From Bacillota bacterium (GTDB lineage: Bacteria; Bacillota; Ch66; Ch109): DNA of 64,000 nucleotides. The translations under genes were made by a program, and so were the position numbers. Below the pieces are notes generated by a model. It was not told the origin of the DNA and did not search any database. It saw nothing but the letters and a program-made list of their open reading frames with translations. The DNA is taken from positions 480,001 through 544,000 of the forward strand of contig JBMNLH010000001.1 in NCBI GenBank assembly GCA_050952625.1, written 5' to 3'. Positions 33,690 to 42,724 of the stretch are shown in pieces. Position 1 is the stretch's first letter. Each line of letters begins with the position of its first letter.

Positions 33690-34470
33690 CTTGAAAACCA
33701 AAGATAAGGATATTGTCTTTTATATCCTGCTGGAACTACAATCAAGCGTAGCTTTCCTGATGCCTTTCCGATTGCTAGTTTATATGGTTCAATTGTGGCT
33801 GCATTTTTATCAGGACACAGATAAAAACGTAAGAGCGCGCAAGGACTTCCGCTTACCGGTAATTATCCCAGCGGTTCTCTATAACGGAGCCAATAACTGG
33901 ACCGCCCCTTTAAGCTTTAAGGAGATACTAGCCGACTATGAGTCGTTCGAGAAGCACCTGGTCGATTTTCAGTACATACTTTTTGATGTTAACCGATACC
34001 AGAAGGAAGAACTGCTCCAGATGGCTAACTTGATCTCCAGCATCCTGTTGCTTGACCAAAAGATAAGCAAGGAAGAAATAATCAGCCGGTTGTGGCTGAT
34101 GATTGATACAATTAAGAAAATGCCCCCTGACGAGTTTCAACAGTTAAAAACCTGGCTGATTAATGTGTTACTGCCAAGAGTGCCAGAGCAGCAAAAAAGG
34201 GAAGTTGAGCAAATCTTGAAGGAAAGTGGCCCCCAGGAGGTGGTACAGATGATCTTGAATCTGGAAGTAACCCTGGATGAGATGCAGCAACAGGCCAAAC
34301 TTGAAGGTAAAAAAGAAGGTATAGAATTAGGTAAAAAAGAAGGCAAACTGGAAGAAAAGAGGAATGTGGCCAGGCTAGCCCTGCGCGAAGGATTTGAGAT
34401 TGAAGTCATTGCCAAGATAACCGGCCTCACTAAAGAAGAAATCCAGAAATTAAAGGAAGAGTTGAATTAA
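33690..34470 (+). pseudogene. Rpn/YhgA-like PD-(D/E)XK nuclease, 5'-truncated by IS256
   Basis: ILLELQS, MPFRLLVY, LPVIIPAVLYNG, EGKKEG repeats, IAKITGLTKEEI tail; begins abruptly at the IS end. Confidence 0.85.
34249..34470 (+). CDS. Putative internally initiated RpnS-type small protein (73 aa)
   Basis: AGGAGG at 34235-34240 and in-frame ATG at 34249 just before the EG-repeat tail. Confidence 0.55.
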   Translation: MILNLEVTLDEMQQQAKLEGKKEGIELGKKEGKLEEKRNVARLALREGFEIEVIAKITGLTKEEIQKLKEELN

Positions 34471-34574
34471 TTCATTAATCATAATGGAATACTGATTCAT
34501 CGGACCCCGTAGAGAATTGCAACTCTATTGGGCTATTTGTTTTTAGAGGCACCAAATAAAAATCCATAAATTAC

Positions 34575-34606
34575 AATAGCAGGGATGCCTCCCTGCTATT
34601 TTTGTT
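34575..34606 (+). terminator. Intrinsic terminator, target site of the group IIC intron
   Basis: AATAGCAGGGA-TGCC-TCCCTGCTATT followed by a T-rich tail. Confidence 0.8.
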
Positions 34607-36510
34607 GTGCGCCTGGCATGGGCGCAGTCTAACGGGTGAAAGTCCCTAGTGCGGGTTGATAGTGCCAAGCACATAGCCAAGGACAAGGGTGTCCATCGCG
34701 AGGTGGAATCTGAAGGAAGTCGGCGGCAAACTTCTGGTCTGACGAACAGAAATCACATTAGGCATCGTAAGCTGGGTAAGGTTGCAATACAAACTGAAGC
34801 CCGAAACTATCCGGAAGCTTACGGTGTAGATGTGGCAGATAGATGGAAGGAAAGACTGCGTTCTTACCCAGGGAGGCCTCACGGACAGGTGGAAACGGAG
34901 TATGAAACCTGGTTGAAACAAGATTTATCGTGAGGAGTCAGCAGAGGCCATAGTACAGAGGTGTTCTAGACACCGACGGAAGGGCTGAACCAAAGGAGGT
35001 GTGGGTCAATGAAAGTTACTGAAAGTGGCAATTTAAAACACAGACAACTTTGCTTTGAAGACTATCTGCAAATGGTATCTGCGGAACAGAGAGAGTATGC
35101 AGAAGTGTGCGCGCCACCTAAGATGACTGAAACCGACAGCACCAACACAAACCAGCAGAGGGAAGGATTGCTAGAGCAAATCTTGAGTAGGGATAATCTG
35201 AACCGTGCCTACAAACAGGTAAAAAGAAACAAAGGCGCAGGTGGAATTGACGGAATGCAGGTAGATGAACTTCTCCCCTTCCTCAAGGAAAACAAGAATG
35301 AACTCGTGCAATCCCTCCAGGAGGGTAAATACCGTCCTAAACCCGTGCGTAGAGTAGAAATACCCAAAGAGAACGGGAAAACCAGAAAACTAGGGATACC
35401 AACCGTCGTAGACAGACTAATCCAACAAGCCATTTGTCAGATTCTTAGCCCAATCTTCGAGAAACGATTTTCAGACAACAGCTTTGGATTCCGACCGAAA
35501 AGAAGCACCCATGACGCGCTCAAAAGATGCCAGACCAACATTACAGAGGGTTACAAATGGGTAGTCGATATAGACCTGGAAAAGTATTTTGATACGGTCA
35601 ACCAGAGCAAACTCATCCAAATATTATCGGAGACGATAAAGGACGGACGGGCTATTTCGCTTATACACAAATTTCTGCGAGCAGGGGTTATGGTAAGCGG
35701 ATTGTTTGAAGACAGCCCCCAGGGAGTGCCGCAAGGCGGCCCCACTAAGTCCGCTACTTGGGAATATCATGCTAAATGAGTGTGACCATGAACTGGAGAG
35801 ACGCGGACATCGGTTTGTGCGTTATGCTGATGATTTGCTGATTTTCTGTAGGAGCAAGAAAGCGGCAACACGTACATTAACCCACATTCTCCCATACATT
35901 GAAGGAAAATTATTCCTAAAGGTGAATCGGGAGAAAACACAGGTGGCATACGTGAACAAAGTCAAATACCTGGGGTACGGCTTCTACATCTACAAAGGAG
36001 AAGGGAGACTCAGGATACATCCCAAGAGTGTCCAGAAATTAAAAGACAAGATTCGGGAAGTTACAGGACGCAGTAACGGGATGGGAATCGAGGCAAGAAA
36101 ACTCCGATTGAACCAGATTGTCCGAGGATGGACAAATTACTTCAAACTGGCAGATGCAAAGAAGCTGATACCGGGTCTGGATGAATGGATCAGAAGCCGA
36201 ATAAGGATGGTAACATGGAAACGATGGAAGAAAGTCCGCACCCGCTTCGAGAATCTCAAACGCTTGGGAATCAAGGAAGAACAAGCATGGATGTGGGCAA
36301 ATACAAGAAGAGGCTATTGGCGTACTGCCCATAGCCCAATCCTGTTAATAGCCTTATCCAATGAGAAGCTCAAGCGTGCTGGATACCTTAGCTTGACGGA
36401 ATGCTGCTCTGTGAAGTAAAGTGTAAACTTTGGAACCGCCGTATACCGAACGGTACGTACGGTGGTGAGGGAGGTCGGCTACTCAAATAATGGGTAGCCT
36501 CCTACCCGAT
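34607..36510 (+). mobile_element. Group II intron, class C
   Basis: 5' GTGCG directly after a terminator; short domain V GAACCGCCGTATACCGAACGGTACGTACGGTGG with CGC triad; domain VI ending CCTACCCGAT. Confidence 0.92.
35009..36419 (+). CDS. ltrA: Group II intron reverse transcriptase/maturase without endonuclease domain; +1 frameshift near 35740
   Basis: GAGGIDG, LGIPTVVDR, SFGFRP, DLEKYFD, GVPQGGP/LSPLL, RYADD, RGWTNYF. Confidence 0.9.
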
Positions 36511-36594
36511 CGCAATTGGGATAAAATTTGGTTAGCAGCGGTGCTTTATGCAAAAATTCTAGGATATTACACCCCTTGTAAACCTTAATTTAAG

Positions 36595-36683
36595 TGGTGC
36601 CGGAGACCGGGGTCGAACCGGTACGATCTTGAAGGATCGCGGGATTTTAAGTCCCGTGCGTCTGCCAATTCCGCCACTCCGGC
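36595..36683 (-). tRNA. tRNA-Leu(TAA)
   Basis: Cloverleaf with long variable arm, CT-TAA-AA loop, CCA end. Confidence 0.95.
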
Positions 36684-36715
36684 GTTCATATTATTTTTAT
36701 GCTTAGGAAGTATAA

Positions 36716-36790
36716 TGGAGGCGCCATCCGGATTTGAACCGGAGAATAAAGGATTTGCAGTCCTCTGCCTTACCACTTGGCTATGGCGCC
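36716..36790 (-). tRNA. tRNA-Cys(GCA)
   Basis: GGCGCCATAGCCAAGTGG...CTGCAAA...TCCA. Confidence 0.95.
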
Positions 36791-36794
36791 ATAA

Positions 36795-36869
36795 TGGAGC
36801 GGAAAACGGGATTCGAACCCGCGGCCCTCGCCTTGGCAAGGCGATGCTCTACCACTGAGCTATTTCCGC
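36795..36869 (-). tRNA. tRNA-Gly(GCC)
   Basis: GCGGAAATAGCTCAG...TTGCCAA...TCCA. Confidence 0.95.
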
Positions 36870-36910
36870 AAGAAAATGGAGATGTAGATCTCCATTAGAT
36901 TTAACCAAAA

Positions 36911-36986
<76 letters not shown>

Positions 36987-36990
36987 AAAA

Positions 36991-37067
36991 TGGCGGAGCT
37001 GACGGGAGTCGAACCCGCGGTCTCCTGCGTGACAGGCAGGCATGTTAGGCCTCTACACCACAGCTCC
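36991..37067 (-). tRNA. tRNA-Asp(GTC)
   Basis: GGAGCTGTGGTGTAG...CTGTCAC...GCCA. Confidence 0.95.
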
Positions 37068-37098
37068 TGATGATTGCCGTTTATCGTCGGCACGACAT

Positions 37099-37127
37099 AT
37101 TATAGCGAAAATTTATCTTGGTGTCAA
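37099..37127 (-). promoter_or_regulatory. Consensus SigA promoter of the tRNA operon
   Basis: TTGACA-N17-TATAAT. Confidence 0.85.
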
Positions 37128-37205
37128 TGATTGATTATTGATGATCATAATAATGTTTTTTTATATTCTAGATAGGAAAATCTAGGAGAAATCCATCTCT
37201 GTCCG

Positions 37206-38069
37206 TTACCAAAATGTTAACATTGCTTCTCTAATTAGCTTTGCCCCTAACACACTGGTTAAATCGTTGAGATCATTTCCCGGTGACACTTCAACCAAAT
37301 CCATACCCACGATATTTTGCCCTTGCAGCTGGTGCAGGGCAGCCATGATTTCCCGCGAACTGCACCCGCCGGGTTCCGGGGTGCCGGTGCCCGGGGCATA
37401 GGCTGGGTCCACGACATCAATATCCAGCGTGAGGTAGATCGGACGACCACTGATCAGAGGCAGTATCTTTTTTAGTGGTTCTAGAACTTCTATCGGATAA
37501 AGGTTTGTGTTTTCCCGGGCAAAAGCGAACTCTTCCCGCGTACCGGAGCGGATTCCGAATTGATAAATGTTTATCCCTTTAACTATTTCTGAGACACGGC
37601 GCATCACCGTAGCGTGAGACAGTCGCTGCCCCAAGTAATCGGGTCGCAGGTCAGCGTGCGCGTCAAAGTGCAGGACAACCAGATCTGGATAATGGTTGGC
37701 CAAGGCTTTGATTAAGGGATAGGATACGAGGTGTTCACCACCTAAAAAGATTGGTTTTTTACCGTCAAGCACCAGCTGGGAGGCGGCTTGTTCGATTAAC
37801 CGAAGGCTTTCGTCTAAATTACCGAAAGGTAGAGACACGTCTCCTGCGTCAAAAAAATAGATCTCATTTAAATCTCGATTTCGGTACAGGCTGTACTCTT
37901 CTAAAGCAACCGACACTTGACGAATCTGCTGGGGGCCAAAACGGGTTCCCGGCCGAAAACTCAGGGTAGCTTCAAGGGGAACTCCCAGGATGACCACCTC
38001 TGCCTTTTCGTATTGGTCGAGACTGCCCATAAAACCATAACTCCGTTCGATTACCCGGTTATCAAGCAT
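37206..38069 (-). CDS. speB: Agmatinase
   Basis: GGEH, HFDAHAD, SHAT, DIDVVDP, PGTGTPEPGG. Confidence 0.93.
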   Translation of the reverse strand: MLDNRVIERSYGFMGSLDQYEKAEVVILGVPLEATLSFRPGTRFGPQQIRQVSVALEEYSLYRNRDLNEIYFFDAGDVSLPFGNLDESLRLIEQAASQLVLDGKKPIFLGGEHLVSYPLIKALANHYPDLVVLHFDAHADLRPDYLGQRLSHATVMRRVSEIVKGINIYQFGIRSGTREEFAFARENTNLYPIEVLEPLKKILPLISGRPIYLTLDIDVVDPAYAPGTGTPEPGGCSSREIMAALHQLQGQNIVGMDLVEVSPGNDLNDLTSVLGAKLIREAMLTFW

Positions 38070-38120
38070 AAAGCAAGCGTCCCTTCGCCGATGATTTTTT
38101 TAACTCAAAACATGAAATCA

Positions 38121-38957
38121 TTAGTCGGTTTTGACCAAGTTCTGCACAAATTGAGGCAGCTTAAAGGCGGCTTTATGTACAGCCGGGGTGTAGTACCGGG
38201 ACTGTAAATCCGGACAATTTTCTTCGACAATAGCTTCCGGGTCGTATTTTTTCGAGCCCATGGTAAAGCTCCACATGCCGCTAGGATAGGTTGGGACATA
38301 AGCCAAGAACAGTTTCGTTATCGGATAAATACTAGCGATGTCGCGATAGACCCGGCGAATTAAATCCGCGTTAAAAAAAGGAGACTCGGTTTGGGCGACA
38401 AACAGTCCGTCGTCCTTTAGAGCTTCAAATATGCTTTGATAAAACTCAGCACTGAATAAACCTACTGCCGGACCTACTGGTTCAGTTGAATCAACAATGA
38501 TCATGTCAAACGTATTCTTGTTTTCTTTGACGTAGCGAATGCCGTCTTCAATCAAAACTTCAGCCCGCGGATTGCCGTGGAGGGCACTGCTGATTTCAGG
38601 CAGGTATAGTTTGGAGGCCTCGACTACTCGCGCGTCAATTTCGACCATCGTCGCTTTTTCTACCTTGGGATGCTTGACCACTTCCCGCAGGGTACCGCCA
38701 TCACCGCCTCCAATGATTAGCACCCGACGGGGATTGGGATGAGTATTTAAACCCACTGTCGTAATCATTTCGTGGTAAACAAACTCATCAACAATAGTGG
38801 TTTGCACCATACCGTCCAGGACCAGCATCCGGCCGAACTGTTCCGTATCAATAATTGCCAGGTGTTGATAGGGAGTTTGTTCAACGATCAAGGTGTTTTT
38901 AATCTTACAGGTTATCCCCACATTTGGGGTCTGCTTTTCTGTAAACCACATATCCAT
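38121..38957 (-). CDS. speE: Spermidine synthase
   Basis: [34 protein letters not shown]. Confidence 0.95.
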   Translation of the reverse strand: MDMWFTEKQTPNVGITCKIKNTLIVEQTPYQHLAIIDTEQFGRMLVLDGMVQTTIVDEFVYHEMITTVGLNTHPNPRRVLIIGGGDGGTLREVVKHPKVEKATMVEIDARVVEASKLYLPEISSALHGNPRAEVLIEDGIRYVKENKNTFDMIIVDSTEPVGPAVGLFSAEFYQSIFEALKDDGLFVAQTESPFFNADLIRRVYRDIASIYPITKLFLAYVPTYPSGMWSFTMGSKKYDPEAIVEENCPDLQSRYYTPAVHKAAFKLPQFVQNLVKTD

Positions 38958-39019
38958 GAATAAGCCTCCTGCTTGCTTTTGAGCAAGGATAAATTATTAT
39001 AGAGGATTAGCAGTGGCAA

Positions 39020-39478
39020 TTAGTACCACAATGGGGCCGCAGCAAAGGCACAACCTATTTCCTGAACTCTGTGTTCAGTTGCCGCAACCTTGATGTCCTT
39101 GAGCTCCATTTTTCTGGAGGCGAAGGCTTCTTTAACCATGGCTATCACGGCTGATTCTGCTTCAGCCTGAGAGCATTTGCCAGAAAATTCCATAATAACC
39201 CCAAAGGTATCTTCGGAAATGCCTACGGCGATCGCGGCCGAAATCAGTTCCCCTGGTACTTCGCTTACGATTGAACCGTAGGCGATAGGGACCAGTGATC
39301 CGGGGGGAAGCTGCAGGTCAGGAGTAAACTGAGCTCCTGGGGGTAAAATGCTGCTCACCCGTATTAAATTTACATTACCTACCCGTGCCTGTAAAAGAGC
39401 ATTATCAAAGGCGGTTAATTCACTTTTTCCCTCGGCACTGCCGGCGGTGACAAAAAATTTGGTTGGTGTAGGTAACAA
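39020..39478 (-). CDS. pdaD: Pyruvoyl-dependent arginine decarboxylase
   Basis: AFDNAL, NLIRVSSILPP self-cleavage site; TTG start after GAGGGA. Confidence 0.88.
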   Translation of the reverse strand: MLPTPTKFFVTAGSAEGKSELTAFDNALLQARVGNVNLIRVSSILPPGAQFTPDLQLPPGSLVPIAYGSIVSEVPGELISAAIAVGISEDTFGVIMEFSGKCSQAEAESAVIAMVKEAFASRKMELKDIKVAATEHRVQEIGCAFAAAPLWY

Positions 39479-39782
39479 TTTACATCCCTCTCTTTCTGGA
39501 TTAACATATAAAAAGGCCGGACCACATTTCAACGCCCGGCGAACGGTCTCTTTGATCCGTGGAACTTAGTTTTAAATTAACGTAATTATTATAACAGAAT
39601 CTGAAATCTTCCTTCGAGTGAGACTCGGGGTTACCCAAAGTGTTCCACTGGAAAGGATCAAAAAATACAGAGTAATTATATCAAATCCTTGAAAAAAATA
39701 AACCATAATTTTTGACAACCTTCATAAAAAATAACCAGCAATCAGGTTGATTGCTGGACGAGCAACTGTATTATTGGATATT

Positions 39783-40196
39783 TTAACAATCCCTGCGTCT
39801 TATCGGGTGACCAGGACACATGTGGTGATAATGGGGAATGTACCGGCGATGACGGGGGTAGCGATACGGACTCGTACGGTCTTCATATTGGTCTTCATAC
39901 ATTTGTTTTTGCCTACCCGGCAGCATCCATTCTTTATCGTCTTCTTCAATAGGCATTAAGGCTTCCTTGTCATCATAATACTCGCCAAGGTATTTTTCGT
40001 CATAGTCGTCATCATAATCCCAATCCATGTATTCATCCATATACATTCTGTGTCTGGGCATTTCCATCATCATGTGGTGGTAATGATGGTGAATATGCCG
40101 GTGACAACGGCGGTCATAACGGTCTTGCTTTTCCTCCGCCGCTTCTTTTTGACGTTGTTCAGGACGTTGGACCGGACGTTGCATCCATGGAAACAT
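39783..40196 (-). CDS. Low-complexity His/Asp/Tyr/Met-rich protein, possibly spore coat
   Basis: Strong GAGGAGGGAGGA RBS; upstream GCAC...CATATAAT resembles a SigK promoter. Confidence 0.55.
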   Translation of the reverse strand: MFPWMQRPVQRPEQRQKEAAEEKQDRYDRRCHRHIHHHYHHMMMEMPRHRMYMDEYMDWDYDDDYDEKYLGEYYDDKEALMPIEEDDKEWMLPGRQKQMYEDQYEDRTSPYRYPRHRRYIPHYHHMCPGHPIRRRDC

Positions 40197-40306
40197 TATA
40201 ATCCTCCCTCCTCGGAAAAATTTAGGTTTAGTGCAGGTGATTAGTTCATTATATGTATGTGATTGGAAATAGGTGCAAATAGTTACAATAAGGAGAGGAA
40301 AAGGAT

Positions 40307-40885
40307 ATGTTAAAATACCAAATCAGGACACCGATATCCATTATGCAAGCTACTATAAGTCAAGTCGGACTCTATGCTTTAGAACTTGGTCAGTTCATGC
40401 CTGATCTAAATGGAGGCCCCCCTGATAAATCCAGTCGGCTGAAGGAACTAGTTGTTCCGATTGATCTAGTAGATTCCTCGATCGGCCCGGAATATCACGC
40501 TACGGATAGGATGGCCATGGTTAACCATATAACGGGAATGGCTAATCAATTAGCGTATGACCTGAACCTTTATCTCGCCGGGGAGGATATTGATTTTTCT
40601 ATTCCTCTTGATTGGAGTAGTTATACTTCTTTTCAGCGTCGAGTACTTACCGTTACCAGCGAGATACCCAGGGGGACTACCCGTAGTTATCGTGAAGTAG
40701 CTGAAATAATCGGTAATTACCGGGCCGCCCGGGCAGTTGGCCAGGCTTTAAGGAGCAATCGTGTCCCGTTGCTTGTTCCCTGCCATCGGGTAATTACGAG
40801 TCAGGGAACCTTAGGTGGTTTTACCGGCGGCTTAGAGTGGAAAAGGTGGCTGTTGGCGTTAGAAGGAGTGTTGGATCTTCACTGA
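40307..40885 (+). CDS. ogt: Methylated-DNA-protein-cysteine methyltransferase
   Basis: AARAVG, VPCHRVI active site, KRWLLALEG. Confidence 0.9.
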   Translation: MLKYQIRTPISIMQATISQVGLYALELGQFMPDLNGGPPDKSSRLKELVVPIDLVDSSIGPEYHATDRMAMVNHITGMANQLAYDLNLYLAGEDIDFSIPLDWSSYTSFQRRVLTVTSEIPRGTTRSYREVAEIIGNYRAARAVGQALRSNRVPLLVPCHRVITSQGTLGGFTGGLEWKRWLLALEGVLDLH

Positions 40886-40922
40886 ACAACGCAGCTTCAG
40901 ATGGTGACTCTGCTTTGCCTGT
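40877..40922 (+). repeat. Dispersed palindromic repeat family A, partial copy
   Basis: CTTCACTGAACAACGCAGCTTCAGATGGTGACTCTGC matches the copies at 44152 and 58843. Confidence 0.6.
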
Positions 40923-40978
40923 AAATTTAACAAGGCAACCCTACCTAGTTAAAGCAGGGTCTATTAGATCAGAAAGGT

Positions 40979-41052
40979 TGAAACCCCTGGCGAGCCGCGT
41001 CCAGGGGTTTCTAAGGAGAATATATCAACGGGGAGGGTGGTGCCCCGTTGTT
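40979..41052 (-). ncRNA. Candidate sRNA 1: two hairpins flanking an anti-SD TTCTCCTT
   Basis: GAATA-N15-GGAAATAATA SigF/G-like promoter at 41084-41055; paralogue at 41745-41817. Confidence 0.5.
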
Positions 41053-41225
41053 TGTATTATTTCCCGATTTTTTTGGTGATATTCGAGAAAAACTAAGTAC
41101 GAGCTAAACATTTCTTTACTTACTAATTGTCCATGCCCCAAGGGCACAACCACCAATGAAAGTAGCGGACATATGTATGAAAAATTGTAATAAGTATTTA
41201 AGTCAATTGTTAACTAGGTCAATTG

Positions 41226-41606
41226 TTAACGGGGAAGACGGGTTTTAACCCGGACATGTCTGCTATAAGCCACTTTGCGTAACATTATCCAGGCTCCCAG
41301 CCACATAAATATACCGAAGAATAACGCAATCCAGTAAGGCGTCCCCTGGTAAGGCAGATAAAGCAGAGGAAAGATCCAGGCCGCCCCGATTATTCCCCGG
41401 GCGATCCCGGCACTCAATCGGCCGCCATAGCGAAAAACACTTAAAATCCCGGACAGGAATACAGCCAGGGTAAAGAAGGAGGCGATTACGGCACCAACTG
41501 TCTTGGGGCCTAATGCATGTTCAAAGGAAGTTAAAGTCGTAGTGAGATTTCCCATTAACAACCAGAATTGATCAATCAGATTAACACCTTCCAATGTCTT
41601 AATCAC
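41226..41606 (-). CDS. Small membrane protein
   Basis: 126-aa ORF with about three hydrophobic segments. Confidence 0.6.
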   Translation of the reverse strand: MIKTLEGVNLIDQFWLLMGNLTTTLTSFEHALGPKTVGAVIASFFTLAVFLSGILSVFRYGGRLSAGIARGIIGAAWIFPLLYLPYQGTPYWIALFFGIFMWLGAWIMLRKVAYSRHVRVKTRLPR

Positions 41607-41744
41607 CTTCTAGCTCAAATAAACCGGAAACAAAGAGTGATAAATCATGATCGCGCAGTGTTTTAATGAAGGTCAGCACTGAGCGGTTGCACATAGATTT
41701 CGACACAAATTTCCAGGGTCCTGCTTAAGCAAAGAGTTTCTGCA

Positions 41745-41817
41745 AAAATAAATACCCCCGGGTGGGGACCCAGGGGTTCCAAGGAGGATATATAAGGGGT
41801 GGGAACTACTCCCGTTT
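41745..41817 (-). ncRNA. Candidate sRNA 2: anti-SD TCCTCCTT followed by a terminator
   Basis: GTATA-N14-GGTAATAATA promoter at 41847-41819; shares the ATATAT(T/C)CTCCTT..AACCCCTGG core with sRNA 1. Confidence 0.5.
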
Positions 41818-41924
41818 CTATTATTACCGTGGTTGGGTTAAATATACTAATCCGTATAGAAAATTCTCCTTCAGAAAAACTAAAATAGGCATTTAAGAAT
41901 TAAAGTGTTAGGAGGGAGAAAAAA

Positions 41925-42698
41925 GTGTTCCATAGTTTAAAGAAAATCTTTCTGACTGGGAAGCCTGCCCAGCAGACCGACCAGTTAACCCGGCGGTTTA
42001 GATTAAACCAACGTCAGATAATACTAGGGGTCTTGACTCTTTTATTGATCTGCGGTTTACAGGTTTATCGGGCCGAAATGGCTGTCGGTCAAAGAACAAC
42101 CCTTTATTGGGGAAGTACCGGGTCCGATGTGCGTCTCTTACAGTCAAAACTTAGCAATTGGGGTTATTACAAGGGCGGTATTGATGGAGTGTTTGGGCCC
42201 GATACTGCCCGGGCAGTGCGTGAGTTTCAACAAAAGAACGGCTTGGTCACGGATGGTATTGTCGGACCGGCCACTTGGGCGGCTTTAGGTTATTCCACGA
42301 CGATCGGCACCCAAACTGTTTCGGTCAGCAGCAAGGGGGTTTCCCAGAGCGATAATGTGGAATTACTAGCCCGGGCGATTACCGGGGAGGCCCGTGGCGA
42401 ATCATACCTTGGTCAAGTCGCGGTGGCCGCCGTGATTTTGAATCGGGTCGAGGATCCGCGTTTCCCGAATACCATTGCCGGGGTGATCTATCAACCCGGG
42501 GCATTTACCGCGGTGGCTGATGGCCAGATTAACCTACAACCCACGGAGAGTTCCCGAAGAGCCGCGATTGATGCTTTAAATGGGTGGGATCCTACTTATG
42601 GCTCAGTGTATTACTACAATCCAGCCAAGGCAACTAGTGCCTGGATCTGGTCACGCCCACGGACCTTAACGATTGGCAAGCACGTTTTTGCTAACTAG
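41925..42698 (+). CDS. sleB: Spore cortex-lytic enzyme
   Basis: PG-binding domain (DGVFGPDT) and Hydrolase_2 (EARGE, AVILNRV, YYYNP); upstream of ypeB. Confidence 0.92.
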   Translation: MFHSLKKIFLTGKPAQQTDQLTRRFRLNQRQIILGVLTLLLICGLQVYRAEMAVGQRTTLYWGSTGSDVRLLQSKLSNWGYYKGGIDGVFGPDTARAVREFQQKNGLVTDGIVGPATWAALGYSTTIGTQTVSVSSKGVSQSDNVELLARAITGEARGESYLGQVAVAAVILNRVEDPRFPNTIAGVIYQPGAFTAVADGQINLQPTESSRRAAIDALNGWDPTYGSVYYYNPAKATSAWIWSRPRTLTIGKHVFAN

Positions 42699-42724
42699 AG
42701 CTTGAGTGAAAGGATGAGTTTAAG

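Noticed and set aside
34646-34933. Two ~90-aa ORFs on opposite strands
   Set aside because: They lie in the ribozyme domains of the group II intron.
35009-36419. Retron, DGR or defence-associated RT linked to the dnd locus
   Set aside because: Intron boundaries, domains V and VI and the maturase domain identify an ordinary group IIC intron.
36585-36839. 84-aa ORF
   Set aside because: Overlaps tRNA-Leu, tRNA-Cys and tRNA-Gly.
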